Origin: a virus | Lineage: Duplodnaviria > Caudoviricetes | DNA: 34,556 nucleotides | IMG/VR virus record: IMGVR_UViG_3300020161_002875 | Span: 1-34,556 of that record | Strand: one strand, 5' to 3' | Shown: one piece after another, positions 32,545-34,556 of the stretch | Layout: every line of letters starts with the position of its first letter | How positions within the stretch are numbered: the stretch's first letter is position 1 | Translations under genes and position numbers: made by a program | The notes under the pieces: model-generated | The model's database searches: none | Told to the model about the DNA's origin: nothing | Seen by the model: only the letters and a program-made list of their open reading frames with translations

Positions 32545-34191
32545 ATGCCAAATGATGTTTATCTCGGTAACCCGTTATTAAAAAAGGCAAACACCCAGAT
32601 TGAATTTACGCAAGAGCAAATTCTTGAATTTGTGAAGTGTAAAGATGATCCAGTTTACTTTGCAAATAATTATGTAAAAATTGTAACTCTTGATCACGGA
32701 CTGCAAACGTTTAAACCATATCACTTTCAAGAGAAATTAATTAATAATTTCCACAATAACCGATTCAATATCTGCAAGATGCCACGACAGACTGGCAAGT
32801 CTACCACCGTAGTATCTTTTTTGCTGCACTATGCAGTATTTAATGACAACGTAAATATTGGTATCCTTGCAAACAAAGCAGCAACAGCAAGGGAACTTTT
32901 AGACAGATTGCAAACTGCATACGAAAACTTACCAAAGTGGATGCAGCAGGGAATCATATCTTGGAATAAAGGTTCTTTGGAACTGGAAAATGGAAGTAAA
33001 ATCTTGGCTGCTTCTACTTCTGCTTCTGCAGTTCGTGGTATGTCATTTAACATTTTGTTTTTGGATGAATTTGCGTTCGTTCCAAATCACATTGCAGATT
33101 CATTCTTCGCATCTGTATATCCAACAATTACTTCAGGCAAACAAACAAAAGTTATAATTGTTTCTACACCACATGGTATGAATCACTTCTACCGTATGTG
33201 GCATGATGCTGAGAAGGGGAAAAATGAATATGTCTTTACGGATGTTCATTGGAGCGAAGTTCCGGGAAGAGATGAAGAATGGAAAAAGCAAACTATTGCA
33301 AACACTTCGGATCAGCAATTTAAAGTTGAGTTTGAATGCGAATTTCTGGGATCTGTCGATACTCTAATTGCACCATCTAAACTTAGAACGCTTGTCTATG
33401 ATGCCCCTAAGACCCGTAGTGCGGGTTTAGATGTTTATTCAGATCCTATAGAGAATCACGATTATCTCATCACTGTAGACGTTGCTAGGGGCGTAGGAAA
33501 CGATTACTCAGCATTTGCAGTTGTAGACATAACAGAATTTCCACATAAGGTTGTTGCAAAATATAGAAATAATGAAATTAAACCAATGCTTTTCCCAAGC
33601 ATTATTCATGAAGCGGCAACGGCATATAATAATGCATATGTTTTATGTGAAGTAAATGATGTAGGAGATCAAGTAGCAAGTATTATCCAATATGATTTGG
33701 AGTACAGTAATCTTTTGATGTGTTCTATGAGAGGTAGGGCGGGACAAATTGTTGGACAAGGATTTTCTGGAAAGAAAACTCAACTTGGCGTTAAGATGTC
33801 TAAAACTGTTAAAAAAGTTGGGTGCCTCAATCTAAAGACAATGATTGAAGAAAGTAAGTTACTTTTGAATGATTATGAAATCATCAGCGAACTCACAACT
33901 TTCATCCAAAAACATAATTCATTCGAAGCGGAAGAAGGATGTAATGATGATTTGGCAATGTGTCTCGTGATTTATGCTTGGTTAGTTGCTCAAGATTATT
34001 TTAAAGAACTCACTGATCAAGATGTTAGAAAAAGACTATATGAAGAACAAAAAAATCAAATTGAACAGGATATGGCACCCTTTGGATTTGTTTCGGATGG
34101 TTTAGACAGTAGTAGTTTTGTGGATGTTGATGGAGATAGGTGGTATGTTGACGAGTATGGAGATCGTGCTTATATGTGGGAATATATGTAA
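32545..34191 (+). CDS. gp17: Terminase large subunit gp17
   Basis: KCKDDPVYFANNY, Walker A PRQTGKS, Walker B ILFLDEFAF, coupling motif STPHG, nuclease acidic motifs VDVARGVGNDYSA and NDDL. Confidence 0.97.
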   Translation: MPNDVYLGNPLLKKANTQIEFTQEQILEFVKCKDDPVYFANNYVKIVTLDHGLQTFKPYHFQEKLINNFHNNRFNICKMPRQTGKSTTVVSFLLHYAVFNDNVNIGILANKAATARELLDRLQTAYENLPKWMQQGIISWNKGSLELENGSKILAASTSASAVRGMSFNILFLDEFAFVPNHIADSFFASVYPTITSGKQTKVIIVSTPHGMNHFYRMWHDAEKGKNEYVFTDVHWSEVPGRDEEWKKQTIANTSDQQFKVEFECEFLGSVDTLIAPSKLRTLVYDAPKTRSAGLDVYSDPIENHDYLITVDVARGVGNDYSAFAVVDITEFPHKVVAKYRNNEIKPMLFPSIIHEAATAYNNAYVLCEVNDVGDQVASIIQYDLEYSNLLMCSMRGRAGQIVGQGFSGKKTQLGVKMSKTVKKVGCLNLKTMIEESKLLLNDYEIISELTTFIQKHNSFEAEEGCNDDLAMCLVIYAWLVAQDYFKELTDQDVRKRLYEEQKNQIEQDMAPFGFVSDGLDSSSFVDVDGDRWYVDEYGDRAYMWEYM

Positions 34192-34422
34192 ATGGACTTA
34201 GATAAACAGATAAAACTTGGACATTTGTTATTGGCAGATAGAAAATGTAGAGTCTGTGGAGAAATGAAAAATTTAATAGATGGATTTTATAGGACAAGAA
34301 AGGATAGAGGTCCAGTTTCATCTTCATATTCATATGAGTGTAAGGAGTGTACTATAAAAAGAATAGTAGAAAATAAAAAGAATATTTCTACAGTTCCAAA
34401 TTGGGAATATCCTGATTGGTAG
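34192..34422 (+). CDS. 76-aa CxxC...CxxC zinc-finger protein
   Basis: RKCRVCGEMK...FY...YECKEC; abuts the gp17 stop. Confidence 0.8.
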   Translation: MDLDKQIKLGHLLLADRKCRVCGEMKNLIDGFYRTRKDRGPVSSSYSYECKECTIKRIVENKKNISTVPNWEYPDW

Positions 34423-34461
34423 ATATTCACGTCAGGTTTCCCCTGTGTAAAGTATCGTTTT

Positions 34462-34469
34462 AATAAATA
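34462..34469 (+). promoter_or_regulatory. T4-like late promoter for gp18
   Basis: AATAAATA 35 nt upstream of the ATG; GGAG at 34495-34498. Confidence 0.7.
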
Positions 34470-34504
34470 TTTTTTAGATAAACTGAGATTTCACGGAGAA
34501 AAAA

Positions 34505-34556
34505 ATGGCGACTCCTCAATTATCTCCAGGCGTACTCGTCAGGGAAGTTGATTTAA
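34505..34556 (+). CDS. gp18: 5' end of tail sheath protein gp18 (truncated by window end)
   Basis: MATPQLSPGVLVREVDL, the SPGV..RE.D sheath N-terminus; follows gp17. Confidence 0.88.
   Translation, partial: MATPQLSPGVLVREVDL

Noticed and set aside
32545-34191. Intein or intron in the large terminase
   Set aside because: 548 aa with all motifs in normal spacing; no insertion visible
4566-34333. Short antisense and alternate-frame ORFs inside the structural genes
   Set aside because: 60-115 aa ORFs nested in long conserved genes are expected by chance; no recognisable signals
34423-34460. CAGG/CCTG hairpin before the gp18 promoter as a terminator or third pseudoknot
   Set aside because: Only a 4-bp core, no adjacent U-tract and no convincing loop-tail pairing
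1-34556. tRNA/rRNA genes, IS elements, or genetic-code reassignment
   Set aside because: No cloverleaf or T-loop motifs in the few intergenic gaps, no transposase, and long genes are intact in the standard code using all three stop codons

Overview
A 34.6-kb segment of a T4-like cyanophage (cyanomyovirus-type) genome, with essentially all real genes on the + strand. The first ~3.1 kb is an accessory zone: small ORFs (two tandem paralogous peptides, a membrane peptide, a very basic peptide), a GT-A-type glycosyltransferase, two sigma70-type promoters, a structured non-coding stretch and two compact H-type pseudoknot candidates that each precede a small acidic ORF. From 3154 the late structural operon runs gp25-gp6-giant gp7 (3986 aa)-gp8-VrlC-like (2478 aa)-two small ORFs (one NblA-like)-gp13-gp14-gp15-gp16-[capsid-targeting-signal peptide + 581-aa modular polyprotein]-gp17-Zn-finger ORF-start of gp18, with NATAAATA late promoters before several genes. 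Seven complete ORFs below the 60-aa cutoff of the supplied track were translated by hand. The most promising leads are the preQ1-I-like pseudoknot/tandem-peptide unit, the putative head-packaged protease-processed polyprotein between the terminase genes, and the NblA-like peptide. All family calls come from motif recall and synteny; no searches were run.
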